From Myxococcota bacterium (GTDB lineage Bacteria > Myxococcota_A > UBA796 > SXON01): DNA of 64,000 nucleotides. Where the stretch lies: assembly GCA_040386535.1 (NCBI GenBank), contig JAZKFH010000009.1:128001-192000 (forward strand), read 5' to 3'. Shown here one piece after another: positions 37,508-46,699 of this stretch (within the stretch, counting starts at the first letter, position 1; each line of letters begins with the position of its first letter). The notes under the pieces are model-generated. The model saw only the letters and a program-made list of their open reading frames with translations. It made no database searches and had not been told where the DNA came from. The translations under genes and the position numbers were made by a program.

Positions 37508-37622
37508 CTCGGAATAATGTGTTGTCCCCCGGCATTCCGAACGACTCGAACCGCTCGCGGTATCGTTTCCAGTACAGATCGAAAGCTGCAATGACCTGCT
37601 GCATAGTGAGTCAGGAGTGAAC

Positions 37623-38672
37623 ATGTCGCTGCGAATCCGGAGTTCTTCTGCATCGGACGGCGCCCGTCGCCGTTCGGAGCGCTTGACTGCCGAAGAAGAG
37701 AAGGCCATCGCGCGGGAGATCCGCAAGGCGGAGCAGGCCGCCCGTGAGGCCGTTGCCGGCATCGACGCGGCGGAGAACATCCTTCGTCGTCGCCCGGACC
37801 GCGCGGAGCGCACCCGCGCCGGCGCGGTGGACCGTCTCGAGGAGGCCGTTCGCGCCGTCGGCCGCGCCGCTCGCAAGGAAGAGGGCCTCAAGCTCATGGC
37901 TCGCCGCGCCCAGGGCGCGTGGCAGCAGGCCGAGGAGCTTCGTTGGCGGCTCGCGATGAGCGGGCGCCGCATCGCGCACGGCGAGGCCCGCAAGCTCGCC
38001 GGCCCGTTCATGGACGAAGAGGATCTCGTGCAGGAGGGCTACATCGGCCTCCTCCGCGCGGCCAAGCGCTTCGACCCGGACCGTGGCATCCGCTTCTCCA
38101 CCTACGCCCGTTGGTGGGTGCGCGCGCAGATGACGCGCGCCATCGACCACACCGGGCGCCCGGTGCGCCTGCCCGGCTGCGCGGTCGAGCAGACCCGCAA
38201 CCTGCGCAAGGCGATGAAGCGCTTCGAGGCCGCCGGCATCGAGTACAACATCGCGGACCTGGCGGACGAGGTGGGCATCGACAAGGAGCGCGCCGAGCTG
38301 CTCCTGTCGCAGGGCAACACCATCTCGCTCGAGCAGCCGGTGGACGACGGCCCGCGCCCCCGTCCCCTGGAGCGCTTCCTGTCGGATGACGACGCCGTCT
38401 CCCCGGACGACGAGAGCATCCAGCAGCAGGAGCTGTCTCGCATGAGCAAGGCCTTCCACGGCGTGCTCTCCGAGCGTCAGCGCTTCGTGCTCACCCGCCG
38501 CTACGGCCTGGAAGACGGCGAGTTCCGCACCCTCTCCGAGGTCGGCAAGGAGATGGGCCTGTCCCGCGAGCGCGTCCGCCAGATCGAGCGCGAGGCCCTC
38601 ATCCGCCTCCGCGATCAGTCCGGCATCCGCGACCTGCGCGGCCTCGTGCTCGGCGAGCCGGGCGAGGCGTAG
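37623..38672 (+). CDS. RNA polymerase sigma-70 factor, RpoD/RpoS-like (no region 1.1)
   Basis: SD AGGAG, 'DLVQEGYIGL', 'FDPDRGIRFSTYARWW', 'TLSEVG.....SRERVRQIE'. Confidence 0.96.
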   Translation: MSLRIRSSSASDGARRRSERLTAEEEKAIAREIRKAEQAAREAVAGIDAAENILRRRPDRAERTRAGAVDRLEEAVRAVGRAARKEEGLKLMARRAQGAWQQAEELRWRLAMSGRRIAHGEARKLAGPFMDEEDLVQEGYIGLLRAAKRFDPDRGIRFSTYARWWVRAQMTRAIDHTGRPVRLPGCAVEQTRNLRKAMKRFEAAGIEYNIADLADEVGIDKERAELLLSQGNTISLEQPVDDGPRPRPLERFLSDDDAVSPDDESIQQQELSRMSKAFHGVLSERQRFVLTRRYGLEDGEFRTLSEVGKEMGLSRERVRQIEREALIRLRDQSGIRDLRGLVLGEPGEA

Positions 38673-38708
38673 TCCTCGTCCCCCAGGGCCCGCTCGGAGG
38701 CCCTTCCT

Positions 38709-38737
38709 GATGGGCGCCCCTCTCCGGGGCGCCCGTC
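38709..38737 (+). terminator. Hairpin after the sigma factor gene
   Basis: GATGGGCGCCCC-TCTCC-GGGGCGCCCGTC followed by GTCGTT. Confidence 0.65.
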
Positions 38738-38753
38738 GTCGTTAAGGGGTGGT

Positions 38754-39656
38754 ATGCGGATTGCCACGTTCAACGTCTACTGGTTCGGAACCACCCGCCC
38801 CATCGTGGAGCGCGCCCCCGAGGACGATCAGCTGGTCGCCCGGGTGCTCGCCCGCTTGGACGCCGATGTCTTCGCCCTCCAGGAGATCTGCGACCTCCCA
38901 CGCCTGGAACGTGTCGTCCAGGCGGCCGGGGTGTTGTGTGGGCGGGACCTCCGCGTGCGCGTGGCCGACACGTTCGTCACGTCCGCACGGCCCCAGGAGC
39001 TCGCGGACAACGCGCTCCAGAAGGTGGTGTACGTCTGGGATGCCGGCACCGTCGAGCCGATCGCCTGGGGCGCGCTCGGTGGGGGCCCGGCCCTACGCCC
39101 GCCGCTGCTGGCGACGTTCCGGGATCGGCGTGACGGGGCGTCGATCTCGCTCGCCGCCGTACACCTGAAGTCGGGGCTCATGGGAGTCCCCCTGGCGGAC
39201 GCCTCCGCGGCGCTCCGGCTCCGCGAATCCGGGCACCTCGCCCGCTGGTTGGGCGGCGAGGCGCTCGGCCCCCTCGGCGCGCTGCACGCCGGGGGTGGCG
39301 CCCGGGTCGTCCTCGGGGACTTCAACGCGCGCGAGGACGATCCCTCGATCGCGCCGTTGCGGAGCCTGCCGGGGTGGGCGTGGCCCGCGCCGATCCTCCC
39401 CGAGGGAGACCGGTGGACCACGTGGCTCGACCGCGAGATCATCGACCACGTCGCCGCGTCCGAGGAGGCGCGCTTCGTCGGGGCGCCGCGCGCGTTCGCG
39501 TTCGATCGGGACCCCGCGCTCGGTGACGTGGCGTTCTTCCACGCCGTCGACTCGTTCGTCGCGCAGCGCGCACGCGGCTTTCCGCGCGCGCCGGTCGAGA
39601 ACCTGTACCGCGTGTCCGACCACCGCCCGGTCGTCGCGGAGATCGTCCCCGCGTAA
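38754..39656 (+). CDS. Endonuclease/exonuclease/phosphatase family protein
   Basis: 'IATFNV', 'ALQEI', 'VHLKS', 'LGDFN', 'IDHV', 'SDHRPV'. Confidence 0.92.
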   Translation: MRIATFNVYWFGTTRPIVERAPEDDQLVARVLARLDADVFALQEICDLPRLERVVQAAGVLCGRDLRVRVADTFVTSARPQELADNALQKVVYVWDAGTVEPIAWGALGGGPALRPPLLATFRDRRDGASISLAAVHLKSGLMGVPLADASAALRLRESGHLARWLGGEALGPLGALHAGGGARVVLGDFNAREDDPSIAPLRSLPGWAWPAPILPEGDRWTTWLDREIIDHVAASEEARFVGAPRAFAFDRDPALGDVAFFHAVDSFVAQRARGFPRAPVENLYRVSDHRPVVAEIVPA

Positions 39657-39665
39657 GGTCACGGA

Positions 39666-40673
39666 TCAGCCGCAGACCGCCCCGAACACGCGCAGGAAGT
39701 TCTCGCCGAGCACGGCGTGAACGTCCGCGGGCGGCCAGCCCGCGTCGAGCAGGGCCTGGGTGAGGCCGGGCAACTTCTCGGCGGAGTCGAGGTCCCGCGG
39801 GTAGAGCGCGAAGCCCTCCCAGTCGGTGCCGATCGCCGCGTGCCGCACGCCCACCGTGCGCCGGATGTGGTCGAGGTGGCGCACCACCTGGCGCACCCCG
39901 CCCGCGCCGAGAAAAGGCGTCACGAAGATCACCCCCACGACGCCGTCGGTGTCGGCCACGGCGCGGAGCAGCCCGTCGTCGATGCCGCGCGGGCTGGGAT
40001 GGATGGCGGTGCACGCGGTGTGCGAGATGATCACGGGCTTGTTCGCGCGCGCCGCGGCCTCGATGACCCCGGCGCGCCCGACGTGCGCGAGGTCGACGAG
40101 GATGCCGAGCCGGCCGAGCTCGTCGACCAGCGCGCGCCCGTAGTCCGAGAGCGGCGCGGCGTTGTCCGCGCCCCAGCCCACCATCGGACGGCACGCCGTG
40201 TTCGCGGTGAAGTGCGCGAGCCCGACGTACCGGAGCCCGGCGGCGCGGAACCGCGGGAGGTCCTCGAGCCGGGTGTCGAGCCCGTGCGCGCCCTCGAGAC
40301 CCGCGAAACACGCGATGCGCCCTTGCGCCTTGGCGGTGCGGATGGCCTGGACCGTGCCGCACACCACCAGCTCGTCGGGGGACTGGCTCGCATGGCGCGC
40401 CATCCGCGCGAGGTCGGCGTCGATGGCGGCGGGGCCCGAGCGGCGCCGCATCGGGTTGATCACGACGCCGAGCGCCATCGCCCCGATGCCGCCCTCCTTG
40501 AGCCGGGGCAGATCGCAGTGCCCGAACAGCGGCGCGCCGAAGAGCGGGTTCGGCGCGTGGCGGCGGCGCCAGTCCCAGCCGAGGAGCTTGGAGGCGAGCA
40601 GCAGATCGCAGTGCAGGTCGACGAAGAGGGCGGAGGCGTGGAGCGCGTGCGCCTCCTCGGAGATCGCTGCCAT
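39666..40673 (-). CDS. Membrane dipeptidase family (M19) amidohydrolase
   Basis: 'DLHCD', 'GLEGAH', 'VDLAH', 'ISH', 'IGTDWEG', 'LGENFLRV'. TGATG overlap with the luxC-like stop. Confidence 0.93.
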   Translation of the reverse strand: MAAISEEAHALHASALFVDLHCDLLLASKLLGWDWRRRHAPNPLFGAPLFGHCDLPRLKEGGIGAMALGVVINPMRRRSGPAAIDADLARMARHASQSPDELVVCGTVQAIRTAKAQGRIACFAGLEGAHGLDTRLEDLPRFRAAGLRYVGLAHFTANTACRPMVGWGADNAAPLSDYGRALVDELGRLGILVDLAHVGRAGVIEAAARANKPVIISHTACTAIHPSPRGIDDGLLRAVADTDGVVGVIFVTPFLGAGGVRQVVRHLDHIRRTVGVRHAAIGTDWEGFALYPRDLDSAEKLPGLTQALLDAGWPPADVHAVLGENFLRVFGAVCG

Positions 40674-41701
40674 CACGCCGTGCCGTCGGGGCGCGGCACG
40701 CGTTGGCGCCAGAGCGCGCCGAGCACGTCCACGCCGTCGTGGAAGCGCCCGCACGCGGGGTGCTGCATGCGCCCGGGCCCGCACATGCGGGGCGCGCCGA
40801 GGTAGAGGCCGGGCAGGTCGGTCGCGACGGTGCCGAGGCGATCGCGCCACGGAGCGACGGCGGCGCGCACCTCCTCCACGTCGGTGAACGGGTGGACGAC
40901 GAGCACTCTCGGCAACGCGATGGGCGTGAAGTGGTCCGCGGGCAGCTCCAGCACCGCCCACCCGGTGCCGACCACCTTCCGCCCGGCGGCGCGCGCCAGC
41001 ATGATGCGGGCGCGGATCTGCGCGGCGTCGGCCGGATCGAGGTCGCCGCGGGGCCAACGCGCCTCGGCGGCGGCCATCCACGCGGCCGCGGCGTCGAGAT
41101 CGACGTGCCGGGCGAAGTACGCCGCGGGCGACATGCACCCGTGCCCATCGTAGAGCGCCACGTCGTCCACGGCGGCCTCGGTCAGCGCGGACACGACCCC
41201 CACGCCGAAGCGCGGCCCGAACGGGAGCCACACCACGCCCTCGGGCAGCCGCGACCGGATGGCCAACATCGCCGGCGCGCCGCCGAAGGCCATGACGCCG
41301 TCGACCTCGGCGAACGCGTCGGCCTCGGCCTCGACATCCCCCCCGCGCCACGCCCGCACCTCGATGCCGCCGATCGCGTCCGCCATCGCCTCAATGGCGG
41401 CCTCCTGTCCCGACGCGGGCTTCACGATGATGCGGACCCCGCGGGCGGCGAGGTGGAGCATCCACGGGAGCGCCGCCGTGAACACGTTGCCGCTGCACAC
41501 GATCAAGGCGGCGCGCGGCGGGGTGCCGGACACCTCGGCGGTGAGCGCGGCGGGATCGAGGTCCCCAACGGCGGCGGCCCAGCAGGCGCGCGCGTTTGGC
41601 TCCGAGAGGCCGGTGCCCCACGTGGCCGGATCGAGCGCGGCGAGGCGGGCGAGGGCATGCTCGAGGTCGACGGCGAGATCGAACCGAAGGGGGAACGACA
41701 T
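40673..41701 (-). CDS. LuxC-like acyl-CoA/acyl-protein reductase
   Basis: 'SGNV', 'VKPAS', 'AFGG', 'FGPRFG', catalytic-Cys motif 'YDGHGCMSP'. An alternative GTG start at 41740 overlaps the luxE-like stop. Confidence 0.88.
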   Translation of the reverse strand: MSFPLRFDLAVDLEHALARLAALDPATWGTGLSEPNARACWAAAVGDLDPAALTAEVSGTPPRAALIVCSGNVFTAALPWMLHLAARGVRIIVKPASGQEAAIEAMADAIGGIEVRAWRGGDVEAEADAFAEVDGVMAFGGAPAMLAIRSRLPEGVVWLPFGPRFGVGVVSALTEAAVDDVALYDGHGCMSPAAYFARHVDLDAAAAWMAAAEARWPRGDLDPADAAQIRARIMLARAAGRKVVGTGWAVLELPADHFTPIALPRVLVVHPFTDVEEVRAAVAPWRDRLGTVATDLPGLYLGAPRMCGPGRMQHPACGRFHDGVDVLGALWRQRVPRPDGTA

Positions 41702-41736
41702 GTAGCGATCTAACTCGGAGAAGGAAGAACTCGTGG

Positions 41737-42786
41737 TCACTCGCCCGTGCCGGCGCCCCGCACCGCCGCGAGGAAGTCCTCCGCTCGCATCGAGCACCCG
41801 CGCGCCTCGGCGCCCGCGAGCCGGCCCCGGAGCGTCACGGCGTCGCCCGTCGCGGCGTGCGCCACGACGCCGAGGTCCATCGTCTCGATCGCGAGCACGC
41901 TGTCGACGTTGCAAAGGTCGACGAAGCGCAGGAGCCCCTCGCCGTCGACCGGCTCGCCGCTCATCGGGTCGACCGTGTAGACGCGCAGCCAGGGCGGCGC
42001 GACGAACGCGTCGGGGCGCTCGCCGGCGGCGACGGGTGTGGTCCACAGCTGGCTGGAGAGCTCGGTCATGCCGTACTCGCCGATGACCCGGGGCGCGCCG
42101 AGGCGCTCGGGGACCGCCGCGTAGAGCGAGGCGGCGTCGAGACGGACCTCGCGCCCCTTGAAGCCGCCCGTGACCATCACCAGGGAGTCCGCGCCCAGGG
42201 AAACGCGGCCCGGCACCGCGAACAGGGCGTCCAGCGCGAAGGCGGTCGCGGCGAGGAAGACGGGACCGTCGGCGGCGGCGGCGGCGAGCCGGGCCCACGC
42301 GTCGGGCACCACGCCCCCGCCCTGGAACAGGGGGAGGGGAGCGCCGCCGAGGCGCGCCGCGAACTGGCCGACCATGTGGCCGAGCGAGGAGTCCGCGTCC
42401 TCCGGGCACAAGGAGACGACCTGCCCGACGGGAGCCGGCGCGGGGAGGGGGACGGCGCTCTTCGCGAAGTGCCGCCACGCCCCGAGGTCGTAGAGCGTCG
42501 TGTCGCGCAAGCGGTGGACCCCGCGTACGGACCCGGTGGTGCCGCTCGTGCGGAAGGTCACGGTCGCTTGCTCGACGGGGAACGACATGAGCGTGAGGCT
42601 CTGGAACAGCGCGACCGGGACGGCGGGGATCTCGTCCACGCGGGTGGGGCGCGCGCCGTCCACGAGGGCGCGGTAGGTCGGGTTGTTCGCCACCTGCCAA
42701 TGGAACAGCTCGATCGCCAGCGCGGAGAAGTCGCCCTCCCCCGTCTCGACGAAGCGCCGGATCGCGGCGGCCGGAGGCGCGGTCAC
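41737..42786 (-). CDS. LuxE-like acyl-protein synthetase
   Basis: 'FRTSGTTG', 'TGGFKG', 'EYGMTELSSQ', 'TMDLG', acyl-Cys motif 'GRLAGAEARGCS'. GTG start overlaps the aminotransferase TGA. Confidence 0.92.
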   Translation of the reverse strand: MTAPPAAAIRRFVETGEGDFSALAIELFHWQVANNPTYRALVDGARPTRVDEIPAVPVALFQSLTLMSFPVEQATVTFRTSGTTGSVRGVHRLRDTTLYDLGAWRHFAKSAVPLPAPAPVGQVVSLCPEDADSSLGHMVGQFAARLGGAPLPLFQGGGVVPDAWARLAAAAADGPVFLAATAFALDALFAVPGRVSLGADSLVMVTGGFKGREVRLDAASLYAAVPERLGAPRVIGEYGMTELSSQLWTTPVAAGERPDAFVAPPWLRVYTVDPMSGEPVDGEGLLRFVDLCNVDSVLAIETMDLGVVAHAATGDAVTLRGRLAGAEARGCSMRAEDFLAAVRGAGTGE

Positions 42787-44030
42787 AGGCACTCCCCCAG
42801 CGCGGCGACCGCGCCTTCGAGTTGGGCGCGCGCGATGGTCAACGGCGGCGTGAGGCCGAGCGCCTCGGCGCGCTCCCCGCACGGCAGCACGATGTAGCCA
42901 CGGTCGAGCATCTTGCGGGTGACGCCGAGGCTGTCCTCCAGGTGGACGCCCAGCATCAGCCCGCGCCCGGTGATGCCGCGCACCCCGGGCACCTGCGCGA
43001 GCGCCGCGGCGAACCGGGCGCCCTCGCTCGCGGCGCGAGCCACGATCTGCTCGCGCTCCACCACGTCGAGCACGGCGAGCGCCATCGCGCAGCCGACGGG
43101 GTTGCCCAGAAAGGTCTGGGTGTGGATGGCCTCGCCGGTCGAGGCGCCCCACGCGTCCATCGCGCGGGAGGTGCCGAGGCAGGCCGAGATCGGGAAGCCG
43201 CCGCCGAGCGCCTTGCCGAGGCAGAGCAGGTCGGGGCGCAGCTCACCCGCCGCGAGGAGGCGGCCCGAGCGCCCCAGGCCCGAGTAGATCTCGTCGTGGA
43301 TGACGAGCGCGCCCGCGGCGCGCGCCGCGGCGTGCAGCCGCTCCAGCCACCCCGCCGGCGGCTCGCGCATGCCGCCGCGGCCCTGGATGGGCTCGACGAG
43401 CACGGCGGCGTAGGGCGCGAGGTCGGGCCAATCGCCCCCGTAGGGCGCGTGGTCGACGTGGTGGCCGAGCATGTCCGCGAAAGGGCCGCGGAACGCCTCC
43501 ACGTGGTAGCCGATGGCCGCGAGCGAGGCGGCGGCGAGCCCGTGGTACCCCCCGGTGAACGCCAGCACCCGGCCGCGCCCCGTCGCGATCCGCGCCGTCT
43601 TCAGCGCCGCCTCCACCGCGTCGGACCCCGAGGAGCCGAAGATCACGCGGTCCATCCCGGTCACGGCGCAGAGGCGCTCCAGGAGCTCGATGCGGCGCAG
43701 ATCGGGGAACGCGTCGCCCATGGCGTGGGGGAGGCGGCCGAGCTGGGCCTGGCCCGCGGCGACGACCGCGGGGTGGCGATGGCCGACCGAGGCCACTCCG
43801 AAGCCCGCGCACAGGTCGACGAAGACATTCCCGTCCGCGTCGCGCACGTTGGCGCCCACGGCCTCGTCCCACACGATGGGATCGGTGTCGGCGGCGCCGA
43901 TGGACACGGCGCGGCGGGCGCGGCGCGCGGTGATCGCCGGGCACTCGTGGCGCGCCAGGCGGTCCACCCAGGCGCGGGAGGCGGGGCCGGGCACCGCGGT
44001 GCGGAGCTGGGGGAGTTCGTCGCCGGTCAC
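42783..44030 (-). CDS. Class-III (omega) PLP aminotransferase, GabT/ArgD-like
   Basis: 'DADGN..VD', 'SGSDAVEAALK', 'YHG', 'EPIQGRGG', 'DEIYSGLGRSG', 'LGKALGGG', 'HTQTFLGNP'. Start 44030 (or 44066). Confidence 0.95.
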   Translation of the reverse strand: MTGDELPQLRTAVPGPASRAWVDRLARHECPAITARRARRAVSIGAADTDPIVWDEAVGANVRDADGNVFVDLCAGFGVASVGHRHPAVVAAGQAQLGRLPHAMGDAFPDLRRIELLERLCAVTGMDRVIFGSSGSDAVEAALKTARIATGRGRVLAFTGGYHGLAAASLAAIGYHVEAFRGPFADMLGHHVDHAPYGGDWPDLAPYAAVLVEPIQGRGGMREPPAGWLERLHAAARAAGALVIHDEIYSGLGRSGRLLAAGELRPDLLCLGKALGGGFPISACLGTSRAMDAWGASTGEAIHTQTFLGNPVGCAMALAVLDVVEREQIVARAASEGARFAAALAQVPGVRGITGRGLMLGVHLEDSLGVTRKMLDRGYIVLPCGERAEALGLTPPLTIARAQLEGAVAALGECL

Positions 44031-44147
44031 TGGAAACCTCGGGCCGGCCGATCTAACGCGATCCATCGGGCTCCCCGCGCCCCGCGGCGCCTCCCGGAGC
44101 GGGACTGCGCGTTTGCCCGACCCCCGCGGAGACGGTATCGTGCCGCC

Positions 44148-45593
44148 GTGTCCTGGCTCCTGCTCTTCCTTGCCTGCCATCAGCCCGTCATCGAGGTCAT
44201 TCCCGGGGTCTCGACCGCGCTCGAGGTGGTCGTCACCAACCCCACCTCGTGCGCCGCGTGTGACGGCTTCCGCGACGTAGACACGCTGCGGCTCGAGGTG
44301 AGCGTAAACGACGTCGTCGTCGAGACCGACACGTTCGCCTACCCGGACGAGGCCGTGACGCTGCCGGACCTGACCGGCTTCGGCGTCATCCGCGTCTCGT
44401 TGTTCGGCCTCGAAGAGGGCCGCGTGCTCTCCGCGGGCCGCACCGCCGAGATCGTGCTGGTGCCCGACGCCACGCTCTCCGTGCCGCTGTTGTTCCTCCC
44501 GGTCAACCGCGCCCTCGCGCTCGACGCGCCGATGTTGACCGACCGTTCGCGCCACCTCGCGCTCACGCGTCGCGACGGCTCCGTCGTGTTGATCGGCGGC
44601 GTGGATCCGCAGGGCACACGCGCCACGGCGACCACGGAGCGCTTCGATCCGGTCCTCGGCACCTTCGCCGAGTACTCCCCGTTCTCCAGCCCCGCGGTGG
44701 CGTCCCCTTCGTTCGCGACGCTCCCTGGCGGGGAGACCTTGATCGTCGGCGGCTACGCGGTGCTCGGCGGCACGCCGGTTGCGGTCGAGGACGCGGCGGT
44801 GTTCGACGACACGATGGGCACGTTCGGCGAGGCCGGGCCGTTGTCCCAGGGGCGCAACGGGCATTGCGTCGCGATGTTCCGGGAGCGCCAGGGCATCGTG
44901 CTCGGCGGGTCCGCCGGCGGCGCCGACTACCTCAAGCCCGACGAGGAGAGCGGCCTCTGGGCGTTCACCCCGCTCGACATGCGCGACTTCGACGCGGGCG
45001 CCGTGACCGGCTGCGACGTGCTGGTCGACGGGCGCGTGTTCGTGCAGGGAAGCGACGCCGCGTCCACCGGGGTGTGGGACGGCGGCAACAGCGAGCTCGA
45101 TCCGGCGGAGGCCTTCGTCGCGACGAACGAGGGCAACGCGGGAGACTTCCGGTACGTCTCGGGCGCCTCCTTGTTCCCCGAGGAGGACGGCAGCATCCGT
45201 ATCCTCGGCGGTGCCGACGTCGGGACCGGCGCGGTGTACTCGGACGGTCGGCTCTACGTCCCGGACGTGCGCCGCTTCGTCGCCGTGGGGGGCTTCGCGG
45301 AGCCCCGCTTCGCGCCGCAGGTGGCGCCCTGGATCACGCCGGGCTGGTACGCCGCGGGGTGCGGCTGGACCGACAGCACGCGCACCGTCGGCGAGGACAC
45401 CCTCGAGCTCGTCTCCCCGGTCGAGGGGGTGAGCGGCCCCGCCATCCGCCTGGACCGCGCGCGGCCCGGCTGCGGCCTGTCCGTGCTCCTCGACGGGTCG
45501 ATCCTCGTCACGGGAGGCTACGAATCGGGGAGCACGTCCGTGCTCGACGCGGCGATCGTGGTGCCGTACGTCGATCCCGCCATGGGGGGTTGA
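44148..45593 (+). CDS. Kelch/beta-propeller lipoprotein
   Basis: 'MSWLLLFLAC', repeated 'DGxVLxxGG...ExFDP' blades. Confidence 0.8.
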   Translation: MSWLLLFLACHQPVIEVIPGVSTALEVVVTNPTSCAACDGFRDVDTLRLEVSVNDVVVETDTFAYPDEAVTLPDLTGFGVIRVSLFGLEEGRVLSAGRTAEIVLVPDATLSVPLLFLPVNRALALDAPMLTDRSRHLALTRRDGSVVLIGGVDPQGTRATATTERFDPVLGTFAEYSPFSSPAVASPSFATLPGGETLIVGGYAVLGGTPVAVEDAAVFDDTMGTFGEAGPLSQGRNGHCVAMFRERQGIVLGGSAGGADYLKPDEESGLWAFTPLDMRDFDAGAVTGCDVLVDGRVFVQGSDAASTGVWDGGNSELDPAEAFVATNEGNAGDFRYVSGASLFPEEDGSIRILGGADVGTGAVYSDGRLYVPDVRRFVAVGGFAEPRFAPQVAPWITPGWYAAGCGWTDSTRTVGEDTLELVSPVEGVSGPAIRLDRARPGCGLSVLLDGSILVTGGYESGSTSVLDAAIVVPYVDPAMGG

Positions 45594-45638
45594 CCTCGGG
45601 CTCGGCCGGTTGTAGATGGGCGCCGCCTCGAGGTCCGG

Positions 45639-46394
45639 ATGCGCGCCTTCTCCCTGGTGGCTCTCTCCTCCCTGATGGTCTCGTTGCTCGGTGGATGTGG
45701 CTTCGGCCTCACGCCGACGCCGGACGGCTTCGTCGACGGGTCGACGCAGGACGATCCGAGCGTCCCCGCCACCGACGACACCGAGGACCCGGGCACGGAC
45801 CCGAGCGTAGACGAGACGCTCCCCGCCACGTCCGCCAACCTCGACGACACGTTGTTCGTCATCGACCGCGCGTCGATGCGGGTGACAGAGCCGCCGGGGC
45901 TCGACGCCCTGTTCGGCGAGGTCCTCGATCGGGACGTGTTCGTGTACGTCGCGGATGCGACGTCCTCCACCATCGACCTCGCGGTGACGCTGGCCGGCAC
46001 GGACGGCGAGCAGGACCTCTGCGAGGCCGTGCGCGCCTTCCCGGAGGGTGACTGGTCCGCCAACCCCGTGTTCGACGTGGGCCCGGGCGAGCTCTCCACG
46101 AGCTTCGGCGGCCACCCCGCCACGTTCCGCTCGCTCCTTCTCTCGGGTGTGTTCGACGAGTCGGGGACCGCGTGGCGGGACGGCACCCTCGCGGCCGAGC
46201 TCGACACGCGGGAGCTCGCCGCCGCGCTCGGCGATGTGGACGGGTGTGATCTCGTCGCCGACCTCGGCGGCGAATGTGTCGCGTGTGACGACGGTGTGGA
46301 GGCCTGCTTCGCGCTCCACATCGAGGGCATCATCGCCGACCGCGTCGACACGAGCTTCGACGACACGCCGGACGCCCGGGGCTGCGCGGGCTGA
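45639..46394 (+). CDS. Acidic hypothetical lipoprotein with Cys-rich C-terminus
   Basis: Lipobox 'LLGGC'; 'CDLVADLGGECVACDDGVEAC'. Confidence 0.8.
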   Translation: MRAFSLVALSSLMVSLLGGCGFGLTPTPDGFVDGSTQDDPSVPATDDTEDPGTDPSVDETLPATSANLDDTLFVIDRASMRVTEPPGLDALFGEVLDRDVFVYVADATSSTIDLAVTLAGTDGEQDLCEAVRAFPEGDWSANPVFDVGPGELSTSFGGHPATFRSLLLSGVFDESGTAWRDGTLAAELDTRELAAALGDVDGCDLVADLGGECVACDDGVEACFALHIEGIIADRVDTSFDDTPDARGCAG

Positions 46395-46699
46395 GGCACG
46401 CGCCCCCGCGGAGCGAGCGGACGGGCCCCAGGCGACAGAAAGTGACGGAGGTGTCGGCGGACGCTTTGGCGTGGCAGGTTTGCGCCGGATGGAAGAGCGC
46501 CCCTTACAGGTGCGCATCCAGCCGTAGACGAGATAGCAAGCCTTGAGTTTCATTCTCGTGCTCCGGCTTGGATTGGGAGCACCGCGTCGTGTCGCTCCGA
46601 GGGACGGGAGGGCCATGGGGAGCCGACGATCCGCAGCCTGACGGTGTCGTAGCGGAGTCGGACCTTGTAGGATGGGAACAACCCAACCCGAGGTGCTGC

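Noticed and set aside
40673..42786. Bioluminescence (lux) operon
   Set aside because: No luxA, luxB or luxD in the window.
46465..46485. Sigma-54 promoter (TGGC...TTGC)
   Set aside because: The GG-to-GC spacing is 12 or 7 nt, not the required 10.
46600..46665. Cyclic-di-GMP-I riboswitch
   Set aside because: Only a vague 3' stem resemblance; the GGCAAAC and GNRA stem motifs are absent.
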